Positions 1 through 10,503 are shown, counted from the first letter of the stretch. The stretch: DNA of 64,000 nucleotides from Candidatus Iainarchaeum sp. (GCA_018304465.1 JAGVWC010000010.1:32001-96000); one strand, 5' to 3'. Notes: generated by a model not told the origin, from the sequence alone. Program-made: numbers and translations.

Positions 1-423
1 GTTTTTTTCTGTCCAACGGATCCTTGCGCCGAAGAACTCATTTTTCGCATCAATTCCGCGCAATCCTCGGTGGACATCGCGATTTATTCCTTCACCTTAG
101 ACGAAATCTCGGACGCGTTAATCGACGCCAAACAACGCGGCGTGAAAGTCCGCGTATTGTTTGACGAAGGCGAATCCAAAAGCCAGTATTCCGAAGACGA
201 AAAACTCGCGGCCAACCAAATTTCCATCAAAAGATTCGAAAAAACCCGGGGCTTGATGCACAACAAATTCGCGATCATCGACCAACACACCGTGATCACG
301 GGATCCTACAATTACAGCCAAAACGCGACCCAATACAACAACGAAAACCTCATCGCGATCAAAAACACCCGAATTGCCAGCCAATACCAAACGGCTTTCG
401 AATTCCTCTGGAATCAGAGCTGA
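1..423 (+). CDS. Phospholipase D-family nuclease (Nuc-like, single HKD), 5'-truncated by window edge
   Basis: HNKFAIID...ITGSYNYS...NNEN motif; frame open from base 1. Confidence 0.85.
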   Translation, partial: VFFCPTDPCAEELIFRINSAQSSVDIAIYSFTLDEISDALIDAKQRGVKVRVLFDEGESKSQYSEDEKLAANQISIKRFEKTRGLMHNKFAIIDQHTVITGSYNYSQNATQYNNENLIAIKNTRIASQYQTAFEFLWNQS

Positions 424-427
424 AAAA

Positions 428-1045
428 ATGAACAACAAAATTTTTGAACAACTCAAAATCACTTCTTTGGAAGGAATTTATCCGATCGGCGAAGACTCGG
501 AACTGCTTTCAAGCGCACTATTCATCCCCAAAAACGCGTCGTGCCTGGATCTTGGCTGTGGCACCGGCATCCAAGGAATCACCATGGCAAAGCAAGGCGC
601 AAAAAAAATCACGTTCGGTGACATCAATCCAAACGCCCTAGAAAACGCCCGCATCAACGTTTTGCAAAACCACGTCAAAACCCGGGTTTCGTTCGTGCAA
701 ACCGACGTGTTCTCGAATGTATCCGAATCCTTTGACGTCATCGCATTTAATCCGCCGTATGTTCCAAGCGACGACATCCAATGGATCGAAACCGACGGCG
801 GAAAAAAAGGACGGAAAATCCTCGATCGGTTCCTTGAAACCGTTTCCGATCATCTTTCTCCCGCGGGAGAGGTATTTTTTTTGCAAACCAGTTTGAACGG
901 AACAAAAAAAACCGAGGAAATCCTTCGAAAAAAAGGTTTTCGATTTGAAATCATCTGCCGACAAAAACTGTTCTTTGAAGAACTCCTGGTTTTTCACGCC
1001 CAAAAAAACCCAAAACCGGCTGATATTCGAAAACAAAAAAAATAA
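428..1045 (+). CDS. HemK/PrmC-family SAM-dependent methyltransferase (archaeal release-factor Gln methylase-like)
   Basis: YPIGEDSELL, LDLGCGTG, NPPY, DGGKKGR; ATG at 428 just after PLD stop. Confidence 0.85.
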   Translation: MNNKIFEQLKITSLEGIYPIGEDSELLSSALFIPKNASCLDLGCGTGIQGITMAKQGAKKITFGDINPNALENARINVLQNHVKTRVSFVQTDVFSNVSESFDVIAFNPPYVPSDDIQWIETDGGKKGRKILDRFLETVSDHLSPAGEVFFLQTSLNGTKKTEEILRKKGFRFEIICRQKLFFEELLVFHAQKNPKPADIRKQKK

Positions 1046-1083
1046 ATAGTTCTTCTTCCTTTGGCCCCATAGGTGACCAAAAC

Positions 1084-1539
1084 ATGCAAAACCAAAAAAT
1101 TTTCCTCGTCTTGATGGCGTTGTTCATCGGCTTGGCCGGATGCACCCAGCCTCCCGCCCCGATGGATGACACCAATTTCCAAAACGAACCCGATCAAAAC
1201 CAGGCCATCGTTGGAAACGATCGGGATTCCCACGGCTGTATTCCATCCGCCGGATACAGTTGGTGCGAAGCCAAACAAAAATGCCTGCGTTCATGGGAAG
1301 AACCCTGCGAAGAAAACAACGCCATGACCGAACAAACCGCCCGCGAAATCGCCCAAAACAGTTCCGCGTGCCAACAATACTTGTCAGCGGATGCCAACGC
1401 GACCTATAACGAAACCACTGCCACCTGGTGGTTTGACCTTGACATTATCCAAAAAGGTTGTTCGCCCGCTTGCGTGGTATTCGAATCGGACGAAAACGCG
1501 GAAATCAACTGGCGCTGCACGGGACTCGTTTCCCCGTAA
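1084..1539 (+). CDS. Cys-rich lipoprotein, unknown function
   Basis: Lipobox LAGC; GGTGA SD; GCIPSAGYSWC...C...C module. Confidence 0.75.
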   Translation: MQNQKIFLVLMALFIGLAGCTQPPAPMDDTNFQNEPDQNQAIVGNDRDSHGCIPSAGYSWCEAKQKCLRSWEEPCEENNAMTEQTAREIAQNSSACQQYLSADANATYNETTATWWFDLDIIQKGCSPACVVFESDENAEINWRCTGLVSP

Positions 1540-1629
1540 AAAAAAACCGGTTGATTTTCTTTTTTTTTAAAATCCCACCTTCGAAAACGAATCTGAGGTA
1601 TTTTAATCGTTTTTGGGGCTAATCCCCAT

Positions 1630-2769
1630 ATGCCGATTAATGCCGGATACGAGTTTGAGAACGCCAAACGAAAATACGAAGAAGCCCAAACCCCCGAAGC
1701 CAAACTCGCGGCTTTGCAAGAAATGTACACCACGGTACCAAAACACAAAGGCACCGAAAACATCCGCGCGGAATTATCCAAAAAAATCGCGTTAATGAAA
1801 CGCGAAATCGAAAAACAAGCCGAACAAAAATCAAAACGCGGCGGGGGAGAAAGTCTCGCCGTCAAAAAAGAAGGCTGTGCCCAAATCGTTCTCATCGGGT
1901 TTCCCAACAGCGGAAAAAGCACCTGCCTCAAAAACCTCACCAACGCCGACGTCGAAGTATCCGCGTTTCCTTTCACGACCGTCAAACCCCAAATCGGAAT
2001 GATGATGATCGAAGGCGCCAAAGTCCAGCTCGTCGAAGTACCCGCGCTCATCGAAGGAAGCAGTCAAGGCAAAGCCAACGGACCCCAATTGCTCTCCGTG
2101 ATCCGCACCGCGGACGCGGTCGTCCTGGTTCTAGACGCGGACAACGCAAAAAACGAATTCGAAATCCTTCTAAAAGAACTCGAACAAGCCGGCATTCACT
2201 TAAACCGCCATCGCCCCAAAATCATCATCAAAACCGGGGACACCAAAGGAATTTCCATCGGCGGAAAACAATTCTTAAAAATTCCCCAGGACGAACTCGT
2301 CGAATTTCTGAAAAACCACGGCATGCACAATGCTTCCGTGATCATCGAAGAAGAAATCAACAACTTGGCCCAAGTATTCGAAGCCCAAGACGAACGCCTC
2401 GTGTACCAGAAAGCCTTCGCGATCCTGAATTTCAAGGGAAACACCCCCCGGCCCATCGACGGAATCCGGTTTCCCACATTCCCGGTGTCAAACGAAAAAG
2501 AATTCGGACAATTAAAACCCGAATTTTTCGGTTTGCTTGAAATGGTGCGCGTGTACACCAAACGCCCCGGACAAAAACCCGACACCGATTCGCCGCTTGT
2601 GCTCAAAAAAGGAAGCACGATCATGGATCTCGCCGGACACCTGCACAAAGACTTCGCCAAATACCTCAAACACGCCAAATTATTCGGAAAAAACGCCAAA
2701 TTCGAAGGCCAACGCATCCAACAAGACTACGATTTGCACGACGGCGACATCGTCGAAATACAGTCGTAA
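1630..2769 (+). CDS. DRG/Obg-family GTPase with C-terminal TGS domain
   Basis: PKHKGTE N-terminal motif, GFPNSGKST, FPFTT, TGS tail LHDGDIVEI; G3/G4 degenerate. Confidence 0.85.
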   Translation: MPINAGYEFENAKRKYEEAQTPEAKLAALQEMYTTVPKHKGTENIRAELSKKIALMKREIEKQAEQKSKRGGGESLAVKKEGCAQIVLIGFPNSGKSTCLKNLTNADVEVSAFPFTTVKPQIGMMMIEGAKVQLVEVPALIEGSSQGKANGPQLLSVIRTADAVVLVLDADNAKNEFEILLKELEQAGIHLNRHRPKIIIKTGDTKGISIGGKQFLKIPQDELVEFLKNHGMHNASVIIEEEINNLAQVFEAQDERLVYQKAFAILNFKGNTPRPIDGIRFPTFPVSNEKEFGQLKPEFFGLLEMVRVYTKRPGQKPDTDSPLVLKKGSTIMDLAGHLHKDFAKYLKHAKLFGKNAKFEGQRIQQDYDLHDGDIVEIQS

Positions 2770-2813
2770 AACGCGAATTCACAAGTTTTTTATAGCACTA
2801 TTGTGATATACTA

Positions 2814-4586
2814 ATGACATTAATGAAACAATATATTGGAATTCTGGCCATTTTGTTTTTTCTTTTGACAAGCATTGTTCCCGTGAGCGCCCAGGTTTCC
2901 TGCGGAAACCATTCCTGTGAACCCGGAGAAAACTCCTGCACCTGCACGCAAGACTGCGGAAGCTGCGAATCCTACTCCAACCAATTCTTTGACTACAAAT
3001 GCGTCGAAACCATCTGTAAACAATTACCCAAAAGCGGCGTGTGTGGAAACAACGTGTGCGAAGAACAATTCAGCGAAGACTACGGAAACTGTCCCCAGGA
3101 CTGCGAACCCAAAACACTCGAAATCGAAATCATTTCTCCCAAACCCAATGATTCTTTTGCCCGAAACGGAAAAGGAACCCTTGAAATCAAAATCACGGCC
3201 AACGGCCGCGACATTCCCGGTGCCCAAGTATCCGCCGTACAGCCTTTTCGCAACATTCAACTCGTCAACACCCTGTTCTCTAACGAATACAAAGGCGAAT
3301 TTCAAATTCCAGCCGACATTGCCCCCAATTCCTACGACGTTGAAATATCCGCGTCGTTTCGAAAAGCCATCGGAAAAACCACGCTCCCGATTACCATTGA
3401 ACCGCGTTTAAACACCACCTTTTCTGTGCAACCCAAAACCCTATTGGGCGACACGTTACTCATCAGCGGTACCATTCAAAACGGATCCGCTCCCGTATCC
3501 ACCCCCATTACAATCAAAATCCTGGATACCGAACGAAAAAGCCTATTCAACCAAACCGTTTCATCGCAAGCGGATGGATCGTTTCAAATCCAATTCAAAA
3601 CCAGTTTAAACGACCTCCCCGGCAACTGGCTGATCACGGGAAACGGAACCGACGATTACAACAACGCCATTTCAGTCGAAGGAACCACCACGATGGTCAC
3701 CCCCCAATCCCAACGCCAACTCGCCATCACCACGTACCTGGACCAAAACGCGTCGGTTTCACGCGGAACCCAACTAACCATCATCGCGCAAGTCACGGAC
3801 TCAAATATTCCGACCACCGACGCAAACCTCGTGCTCGTTTCCCCCAGCCAACAAACCATTCCATTCCAACTGGCTCCCGACGGGAACTACACCTTGTTCT
3901 ACACGATTCCCAGCAACCTGCCGTTTGGAAAAAACACGTTTCACTTACAAGCCACAAAAATCGGAATCATTCCACTGGAAGGACAACTACCGCTTGAAAT
4001 CACCATTATCCCCACCCTGTTTTCAATTCAACTCGTCAAACCCCAAACCACGTTTTTTTCGATCGGAGACAACGTCGAGTTCCGCGTATTCGCGCAATAC
4101 GAATCCGGAGAACCGGTGCTTGATGCCAACACCTCGCTTTTGGTCAACCAACTTGAAATCCCCCTGCAAGCCCAAGGCGGCGGATACTACAGCGGAAACT
4201 ATACCGCGCAAGAACAAGACGCCGGCGAACTACGCCTGAAAATCACGTCGACAGACGGATTCAACCAAACCGCAAGCGCGGACACCAAACTCAACATCTA
4301 CGGATACGGAACCAATTACTATCTGACCCGCTACGGCGCCATTGGCCTTGGTGCCCTCGCCCTATTGATCGTGGGATACTTTGTCGCTGCCAGATTCGCA
4401 ACCAAACGATTCGACCAAACCAAAGCCAAAAAACGCGCCGAACAAATCATCGAACTCGAAAAAGACCTGCAATCCAAATACTTTGAAAAAGGAAGCATCC
4501 AAAAATCAGATTACGAAAGCCAAATGCTTGATTACGAAGACGAATTGAAAAAAATAAAAGAACAACTTGGACGTGCACCCAAATGA
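2814..4586 (+). CDS. Secreted, C-terminally membrane-anchored surface protein (Cys-rich repeats plus Ig-like domains)
   Basis: Signal peptide; CGNxxCE...C..DC repeats; beta-rich body; TM helix plus charged tail. Confidence 0.75.
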   Translation: MTLMKQYIGILAILFFLLTSIVPVSAQVSCGNHSCEPGENSCTCTQDCGSCESYSNQFFDYKCVETICKQLPKSGVCGNNVCEEQFSEDYGNCPQDCEPKTLEIEIISPKPNDSFARNGKGTLEIKITANGRDIPGAQVSAVQPFRNIQLVNTLFSNEYKGEFQIPADIAPNSYDVEISASFRKAIGKTTLPITIEPRLNTTFSVQPKTLLGDTLLISGTIQNGSAPVSTPITIKILDTERKSLFNQTVSSQADGSFQIQFKTSLNDLPGNWLITGNGTDDYNNAISVEGTTTMVTPQSQRQLAITTYLDQNASVSRGTQLTIIAQVTDSNIPTTDANLVLVSPSQQTIPFQLAPDGNYTLFYTIPSNLPFGKNTFHLQATKIGIIPLEGQLPLEITIIPTLFSIQLVKPQTTFFSIGDNVEFRVFAQYESGEPVLDANTSLLVNQLEIPLQAQGGGYYSGNYTAQEQDAGELRLKITSTDGFNQTASADTKLNIYGYGTNYYLTRYGAIGLGALALLIVGYFVAARFATKRFDQTKAKKRAEQIIELEKDLQSKYFEKGSIQKSDYESQMLDYEDELKKIKEQLGRAPK

Positions 4587-5758
4587 AACAACCCCTCGTA
4601 CTCGCTTTGTTCCTGCTGTTATTGATCGGAAGCGTTTTCGGAGCAACAATCCAGCTTGACAAAACCACCGTCCAAAAAGGCGAAACCGTTTTCATCAACG
4701 GAACCTGCGTAACCGCATTCGAACTCGAGATCCGACAAAACAACCGACACATTCAAACCGAACCCGTTCCGTGTTCGGCCGGTGGATTCCAAATCGAAAA
4801 AAAAATCCCGCTGTGGTTTCCAAGCGGAGAAACCCAAGTAGTGGCCCTTGAATCCGGAAGAGAAAACACGCAAACCATCCAAATCAACCCCAGCCGCGAA
4901 AGCGGATTCTTGTCTTTAACCACCCTAAGCCCCACAACGACCGCGATTGAACGCCAAAACACGATTTCCTTCAAAGTCCAAATCCAAGACGGAGTATCCC
5001 TGCTGACCAACGCTATGGTCCAAATCTGGGACCTAAACGGCAAGCAGGTGCCCCTCGTTCACACCCAAGAAGGAATCTACGAAGCCGCATTTGCGATTCC
5101 GTACAATGCCGCATTGGAAACCCATTCGTTTGTCATCACCGCGGTCACGGCGGATGAAAACGCCGGCGGCGAACGAACCCTTGTTATGGAAGTCACACCC
5201 GCCAACATCCAGATTCAGCTGACCCAACCCAACCTCAACAGCATTCCCTCCGCGACCGAAGTGGAATTCGTGGCCAATGCCACGTACGCGGACGGCTCAG
5301 CGCTCCACAACCCAAAACTCGAAGTGGTCCTTGCCGAAACACTTCCCATGGCCCAAACCAATCCCACGACGTTTTCAACGAAAACCGTTTTCACGTCGAA
5401 CGCCGTTGGCAGCGGAACCTTTTTCATCTTCGCCCAAGACGACGCGAACAACACCAAAACCCAAACCTTCGAATACTCGGTGACCCCAACCTTGCAATTA
5501 CAACTGATTCGCTACGCGCCCTACATTCTTGGCCTTGGCCTCTTTTTGGTCCTCGTATGGATCTTCATCATCCCCAAAATCCGCGGAAAAAAAAGTAAAG
5601 CGTCTTTAGAACAGCGAAAAAACCAAATCGAAAAAGAACTGACGGAACTGCAAACCCAATACTTCGAACAAAACGCGATTTCCAAAGAACAGTTCACCAA
5701 ACGCTCCGCGGTACTCGAAAAAGAACTCGCAGAAACAGGCAAAAAATTAAAAACATAG
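4583..5758 (+). CDS. Membrane-anchored Ig-like surface protein, paralog-like partner of upstream gene
   Basis: ATGA overlap; signal peptide; C-terminal TM plus LQTQYFEQNAISKEQF tail resembling upstream LQSKYFEKGSIQKSDY. Confidence 0.75.
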   Translation: MKQPLVLALFLLLLIGSVFGATIQLDKTTVQKGETVFINGTCVTAFELEIRQNNRHIQTEPVPCSAGGFQIEKKIPLWFPSGETQVVALESGRENTQTIQINPSRESGFLSLTTLSPTTTAIERQNTISFKVQIQDGVSLLTNAMVQIWDLNGKQVPLVHTQEGIYEAAFAIPYNAALETHSFVITAVTADENAGGERTLVMEVTPANIQIQLTQPNLNSIPSATEVEFVANATYADGSALHNPKLEVVLAETLPMAQTNPTTFSTKTVFTSNAVGSGTFFIFAQDDANNTKTQTFEYSVTPTLQLQLIRYAPYILGLGLFLVLVWIFIIPKIRGKKSKASLEQRKNQIEKELTELQTQYFEQNAISKEQFTKRSAVLEKELAETGKKLKT

Positions 5759-5782
5759 AACCCCTAATTAAAGCGACCGGGG

Positions 5783-6718
5783 ATGAAGACCATGGAAACG
5801 CAAAACAAGAAAAAAGCACTCGCCAAAACGCCCAACCAGCTGGACGCCGCCATCGAAATGCTTGAAAACATGAAGAAAAAAAGCGACACCAAAAACATCA
5901 ACCCCGTTTCCCTGCCGCTACCCGGGACCAACCTTGAAACCACACCCGTAGGAATAGAAGGCGAAATCAAACCCGAAAAAACCAAAATCGAAAAAAAATT
6001 CGAAATTCTCCCCGTAAACGTTGACCGGTTCGACTTGCTGCTCCAAGACGGCGGAATCGAACGCGGACTCACCATTCTCATTTCCGGCGGTGCCGGAACA
6101 GGCAAAACCACGTTTTGCGTCCAATCCTTATACTACAACGCCTTGGCGGGACAACGCGGCGTATACATTTCTTTCGAAGAAGATCCCGAAAACATCAAAC
6201 ACCACATGAAAAAAAATTACGGATGGGACCTATATGAACTTGAAAAAAAAGGACTGCTTGCGTTCATCAAATTCGATCCCGTAAAAATCGCGCGACAAGT
6301 CGAAGAAGTCCTCGTTCAGGAATCCGGAATGCTGCGCATCAAAATTCAAAATCTCGTGCTCCCCATTCAACCCGACCGCATCGTCATCGACTCCATTTCC
6401 GCGCTCGCCATCGAATTCGAAAGCGACAAAAACTTCCGAAAATACCTCAAAGAACTCTTTCACATGCTCGAAAAATACAATTCCCTCAACTTCATCATCG
6501 GAGAAACCGAACAAAACCCGCAAACCTATTCGCGCAGCGGAGTCGAAGAATTCCTCGGCGACGGCGTCATCGTATTCTACAACCTCAAAATCGCGGGCGT
6601 TCGAAAAAACGCGCTTGAAATCCTCAAACTTCGAAGCGGAAAACACGTCAAAGAAATGATTCCATACGCGCTCGACGAAAAAGGAATCGAAATTTACTAC
6701 AAACAAAAATACGACTAA
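5783..6718 (+). CDS. KaiC-like RecA-superfamily ATPase (single domain)
   Basis: GGAGTGKT, YISFEE, IVIDSIS, LEILKLR. Confidence 0.9.
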   Translation: MKTMETQNKKKALAKTPNQLDAAIEMLENMKKKSDTKNINPVSLPLPGTNLETTPVGIEGEIKPEKTKIEKKFEILPVNVDRFDLLLQDGGIERGLTILISGGAGTGKTTFCVQSLYYNALAGQRGVYISFEEDPENIKHHMKKNYGWDLYELEKKGLLAFIKFDPVKIARQVEEVLVQESGMLRIKIQNLVLPIQPDRIVIDSISALAIEFESDKNFRKYLKELFHMLEKYNSLNFIIGETEQNPQTYSRSGVEEFLGDGVIVFYNLKIAGVRKNALEILKLRSGKHVKEMIPYALDEKGIEIYYKQKYD

Positions 6719-6775
6719 ACCCTTTGTCAGACCCTCTTAAACGCTTTTCTATAAACAAATACCATTGAGTCCCTT

Positions 6776-8041
6776 ATGAGACCCCGCTCGATTTTCCAGC
6801 GCTTGACCGAAGGCGTCAAAATCGTTGCCGACACCATTATCCGGCTTTTTACGGACGCGGAACTCGCGACGGTAGCCGTCAAAAACCTTCGCAACCAAAA
6901 AATGCGCAGAAACCTCACATTACTCGGAATCGTCATCGGAATATCGTCGATCGTCGCGTTGCTCTTGCTTGGCACCGGACTTAACAACGCGATCACGAAA
7001 CAATTCGAAAGCCTCGGACTCAACACGATTCAAATCCAAGCCGGCGAAGACTTTTCATCCGCCGTATTCTCCCGCATGCGCACCCATGACGCCGAACTCA
7101 TCGAACGCATACCGCACGTGGAACACGTAATCGCGTTTTACGAAGGCTCCGGCGTCGCCAAAAACAAAAACAGCGAAGCCAGCGTATTCCTCATCGGCGT
7201 CGAACCCAAAGACTATCCCTACCTTGAAAAAATGGGGTACGTTTCGCTTGCCGAAGGACGCTACTTAAACGAAAACGACGCCACCGGACTCGTCGTATAC
7301 CAGAATTTCGTAGACGACGCTTTTGACCAACCCATCGGATTACGACAAAACATCACGATCAACGGCAAAAAATTCAAAATCGTTGGAATATCCAAACCAA
7401 CCGACGTCGCGTTTGGCGCAACCGGAATTACCAACATGGTGTACACAAGCGCCGAAGCCATGAAAACCCACTTCAACGAAAAAAATCCCACCGAACTCAT
7501 AGTCAATGTTTCAAGCAAAGAAAAAGTACCCGAAACCGCGGCCAGAATCGAAAAAGAACTGGAACGCGACCACAAAGAAAAAGACTTTACGGTCAACACC
7601 ATGGAAAATTTATTGGCGCAAGTGTTTTCCATCATCGGCGCGGTTCAATTCTTCGTGCTTGCGATCGCCGCGATATCGTTACTGGTTGGCGGCATCGGCA
7701 TCATGAACACCATGTTCATGGCCGTCACCGAACGCACCAGCGAAATCGGAACCATGAAAGCCATGGGCGGAACCGACGCGCTTATCCGCAGCTTGTTTCT
7801 GGCCGAAGCCGGCATCATCGGATTCATCGGCGGCGTCCTGGGTATCCTCGTTGGATACCTGCTGGCAATGCTGGTCGGCGTCATCGCGGACCAATCCGGT
7901 TTTCCCCTGCCGATTTCATTCGAACCCGGCATCATCCTGTTCGCGTTGTTTTTCTCGTTGTTTGTCGGAATACTCTCAGGGCTTGCTCCCGCCGAAAAAG
8001 CCATTCGCTTGGACCCCGTTGAGGCGATTCGATATGAATAA
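6776..8041 (+). CDS. MacB/FtsX-type ABC transporter permease
   Basis: LTLLGIVIGI, GGIGIMNTM..VTERTSEIG, LDPVEAIRYE; exact start uncertain. Confidence 0.9.
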   Translation: MRPRSIFQRLTEGVKIVADTIIRLFTDAELATVAVKNLRNQKMRRNLTLLGIVIGISSIVALLLLGTGLNNAITKQFESLGLNTIQIQAGEDFSSAVFSRMRTHDAELIERIPHVEHVIAFYEGSGVAKNKNSEASVFLIGVEPKDYPYLEKMGYVSLAEGRYLNENDATGLVVYQNFVDDAFDQPIGLRQNITINGKKFKIVGISKPTDVAFGATGITNMVYTSAEAMKTHFNEKNPTELIVNVSSKEKVPETAARIEKELERDHKEKDFTVNTMENLLAQVFSIIGAVQFFVLAIAAISLLVGGIGIMNTMFMAVTERTSEIGTMKAMGGTDALIRSLFLAEAGIIGFIGGVLGILVGYLLAMLVGVIADQSGFPLPISFEPGIILFALFFSLFVGILSGLAPAEKAIRLDPVEAIRYE

Positions 8042-8065
8042 AACCCACGGAGACGATGCGTTTCC

Positions 8066-9262
8066 ATGATCGACCAAGAATCGATAAAAACCGCGGCCAA
8101 GACCCTGCAAAGCCAAGGATGGCGCACATCCCTCACGGTTCTTGCCATCGTGCTTGGCATCACCGCCATCATCACCCTGGTTTCGCTTGGAGAAGGACTC
8201 AACGCCAGCGTCACCAAACAATTCCAAAGCATGGGAACCGACACCCTGGTAGTGTTACCCGGCAAAGGATTCGTGGAAAGCGCGTTTGCCCAACTTCGCG
8301 ACGACGACGATGAAACCATCGAAACCGTCCGCGGCGTCTCGTTTGCGGCCGAAATCTACATCGCCAGCCAGCAAATGGAATACAAAGGAGAACGCAAAAC
8401 CCGCCTCGTGATCGGAATCGATCCCGCCCAAATGAGCCAAATGAACATCATCGGACTCGTAAGCCTCGAATCCGGACGCGTCTTATCCCCCCGCGACCAA
8501 ACCGCTGTCATGGTCGGACCCCGCCTTGCCGAAAAAACATTCGAAAAAATCGTGTACGTCAACAACGAAATCAAAATGAACGACGCGCACTACCGGGTCG
8601 TCGCAAGACTCTCAAAAGCCACCAATTCTTTTTACGGAAACTTCATGGACAACGCCGTGATCCTCAATTCGGACCAACTCACCAAAATACAACCCGGCAT
8701 CAAACCCAACCGCATATTCGTCAAACTCGATGAAGGCGTAAAACCCGACGACGTCAAAGAACGCATCGAAAACGAACTCGAACTACGCCACAACCAAACC
8801 GACTTTCAAGTCATGACCCCGTCGCAAGTCGGAGAAACCGCAGGCAGCGTCATCGGACTCATTCAAACCATTCTCGTTGGAATCGCCGCCATCTCGCTTG
8901 TAGTCGGAGGCGTCGGCGTCATGAACACGATGTACATGAGCGTCACCGAACGCACCAGCGAAGTCGGCGTCATGAAAGCCATCGGCGCCGGCAACGAACA
9001 AATCCGAGACATTTTTCTCACCGAAGCCGCGCTCATCGGAATCATCGGCGGCATCATCGGAACCATCCTCGGCGTCGGACTCGCGACCATCATCACGATT
9101 GCGGCCCAATACGGCGGATTCGATCTGGAAGCCGTCATCACCTGGCCAACCATTGCCGGCGCGGTGCTGTTTTCCATGGGACTATGTTTGGTATTCGGTT
9201 ACCTACCCGCCAAACAAGCCGCGGACCTCGACCCGGTTGAAGCCATTCGAAGAAAAGGATGA
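8066..9262 (+). CDS. MacB/FtsX-type ABC transporter permease (paralog)
   Basis: GGVGVMNTMYMSVTERTSEVG, LDPVEAIR. Confidence 0.9.
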   Translation: MIDQESIKTAAKTLQSQGWRTSLTVLAIVLGITAIITLVSLGEGLNASVTKQFQSMGTDTLVVLPGKGFVESAFAQLRDDDDETIETVRGVSFAAEIYIASQQMEYKGERKTRLVIGIDPAQMSQMNIIGLVSLESGRVLSPRDQTAVMVGPRLAEKTFEKIVYVNNEIKMNDAHYRVVARLSKATNSFYGNFMDNAVILNSDQLTKIQPGIKPNRIFVKLDEGVKPDDVKERIENELELRHNQTDFQVMTPSQVGETAGSVIGLIQTILVGIAAISLVVGGVGVMNTMYMSVTERTSEVGVMKAIGAGNEQIRDIFLTEAALIGIIGGIIGTILGVGLATIITIAAQYGGFDLEAVITWPTIAGAVLFSMGLCLVFGYLPAKQAADLDPVEAIRRKG

Positions 9263-9439
9263 CACCGGAATCGGTGTCCCTGCAATAAAGTGAATAATCG
9301 TTCGAGCACTTTTTGTTCCATTAAACCTTTTCTGGTAATAATTTTCGGCTTCGGAATGTAAGTTGACTCCTTTGTCAGTCAAAGACACAGCATACCCCCC
9401 AGTTATTCATCCAAGATATCACGTGTCACAAAGGTACAA

Positions 9440-9556
9440 TGCGGGAGGCAGGATTCGAACCTGCGAAGGCACTAAGCCAGCGGGTCGCTTCAAGACTAAA
9501 ACATCCGCTTCAATCTTGCCTAAGCCCGCCCGAGTAGACCGCTATCGTACTCCCGC
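9440..9556 (-). tRNA. tRNA-Leu(UAG) with 33-nt intron at 37/38 (intron 9486..9518); CCA not encoded
   Basis: Acceptor GCGGGAG/CTCCCGC-A, anticodon stem GCGGG/CCCGC, loop CT-TAG-G^A, long variable arm, T-arm GCAGG-TTCGAAT-CCTGC; relaxed bulge-helix-bulge at junctions. Confidence 0.93.
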
Positions 9557-9669
9557 TTCGCTCAAAAAGTGCAGAAATTCGATCCGCCCTTTTGGGTAAA
9601 TAAATAGCACACAGTAGGTCTTTAAATTTCTTCATTTCCGATTTTGGGGCTTGAGATTACGAAAAAAAC

Positions 9670-9840
9670 TTAGTGCTTGAGGATCTCTAAAGTTTTAACA
9701 TTTTTTTTCATGAGCTTTCGGACATTCGCCATGGCGCGACCCATATCCGAAAGAGGGACCGCTTTAAACTTGGATTGCACCAAGGCTATCTTTGGAATTT
9801 CAGATCCCGAAAAAAGGCGCGTTTCTTTTTTTGAACTCAT
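9670..9840 (-). CDS. 56-aa protein, putative antitoxin of adjacent Doc/Fic (not in ORF track)
   Basis: Hand translation MSSKKETRLFSGSEIPKIALVQSKFKAVPLSDMGRAMANVRKLMKKNVKTLEILKH; 33 nt downstream of Doc gene, same strand. Confidence 0.5.
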   Translation of the reverse strand: MSSKKETRLFSGSEIPKIALVQSKFKAVPLSDMGRAMANVRKLMKKNVKTLEILKH

Positions 9841-9873
9841 CCTATAGTACTCTTCCCCGAACTATTTAAACAT

Positions 9874-10503
9874 TTATTTATCGGATTCTGAATCCCCCTT
9901 GAGTTTTTTCAAAATAGTTTGAATAAATTCAAATAACCAAGGGTGGGCAAATTTCTCATCTTCCGCCCGGATAACAAGGAGCTTGATTTGAGGATAGATA
10001 TCCACCGGACTTTCATAGTTGACGGCCGGATCGGCGCCGCTAAGCTCGAACAAAAGCCGGATCAACTTATACTCTCTGGAACCCTTGTTGTCTTTGAAGG
10101 TTTCCTCGATGGCGGCCAGCGGTCGCTCTCCATTCGAAATGAGTTGGGTTATTTTGTCCAAGGCTTCATTGGATTTTGCCTCGCTGTAAAACGGAGAAAA
10201 ACCGTTGCCCATCAAAAAGATGCTAAAGGATAGAAAAGCGGTTCGTTTGTTTCCATCACTAAACGGATGCCGCTTGGTCAGATAAAAAATGAGATAGCAG
10301 GCCACATAAATAATCTTGGTTTGCACATCCGAAGGAATAATGCCTGCGCTTTCCGGAAATTCGTTAACGGTTTCAAACAAGAATTCAAAATTGCTCTTTA
10401 AAACAAAACCTTTGGCATCCAGCGGAAGCGACTCATGAATTTTCAAAGCCAGTTCCTTTTGAACAGACTTATATTCCAAAGGCATTCCAAGTGAATTAAC
10501 CAT
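9874..10503 (-). CDS. Fic/Doc family protein, Doc-type motif
   Basis: HPFSDGNKRTA (K variant typical of Doc); start uncertain. Confidence 0.8.
   Translation of the reverse strand: MVNSLGMPLEYKSVQKELALKIHESLPLDAKGFVLKSNFEFLFETVNEFPESAGIIPSDVQTKIIYVACYLIFYLTKRHPFSDGNKRTAFLSFSIFLMGNGFSPFYSEAKSNEALDKITQLISNGERPLAAIEETFKDNKGSREYKLIRLLFELSGADPAVNYESPVDIYPQIKLLVIRAEDEKFAHPWLFEFIQTILKKLKGDSESDK

Noticed and set aside
5783-6718. Circadian clock KaiC
   Set aside because: Single-domain, with no kaiA or kaiB; such ATPases are common in archaea.
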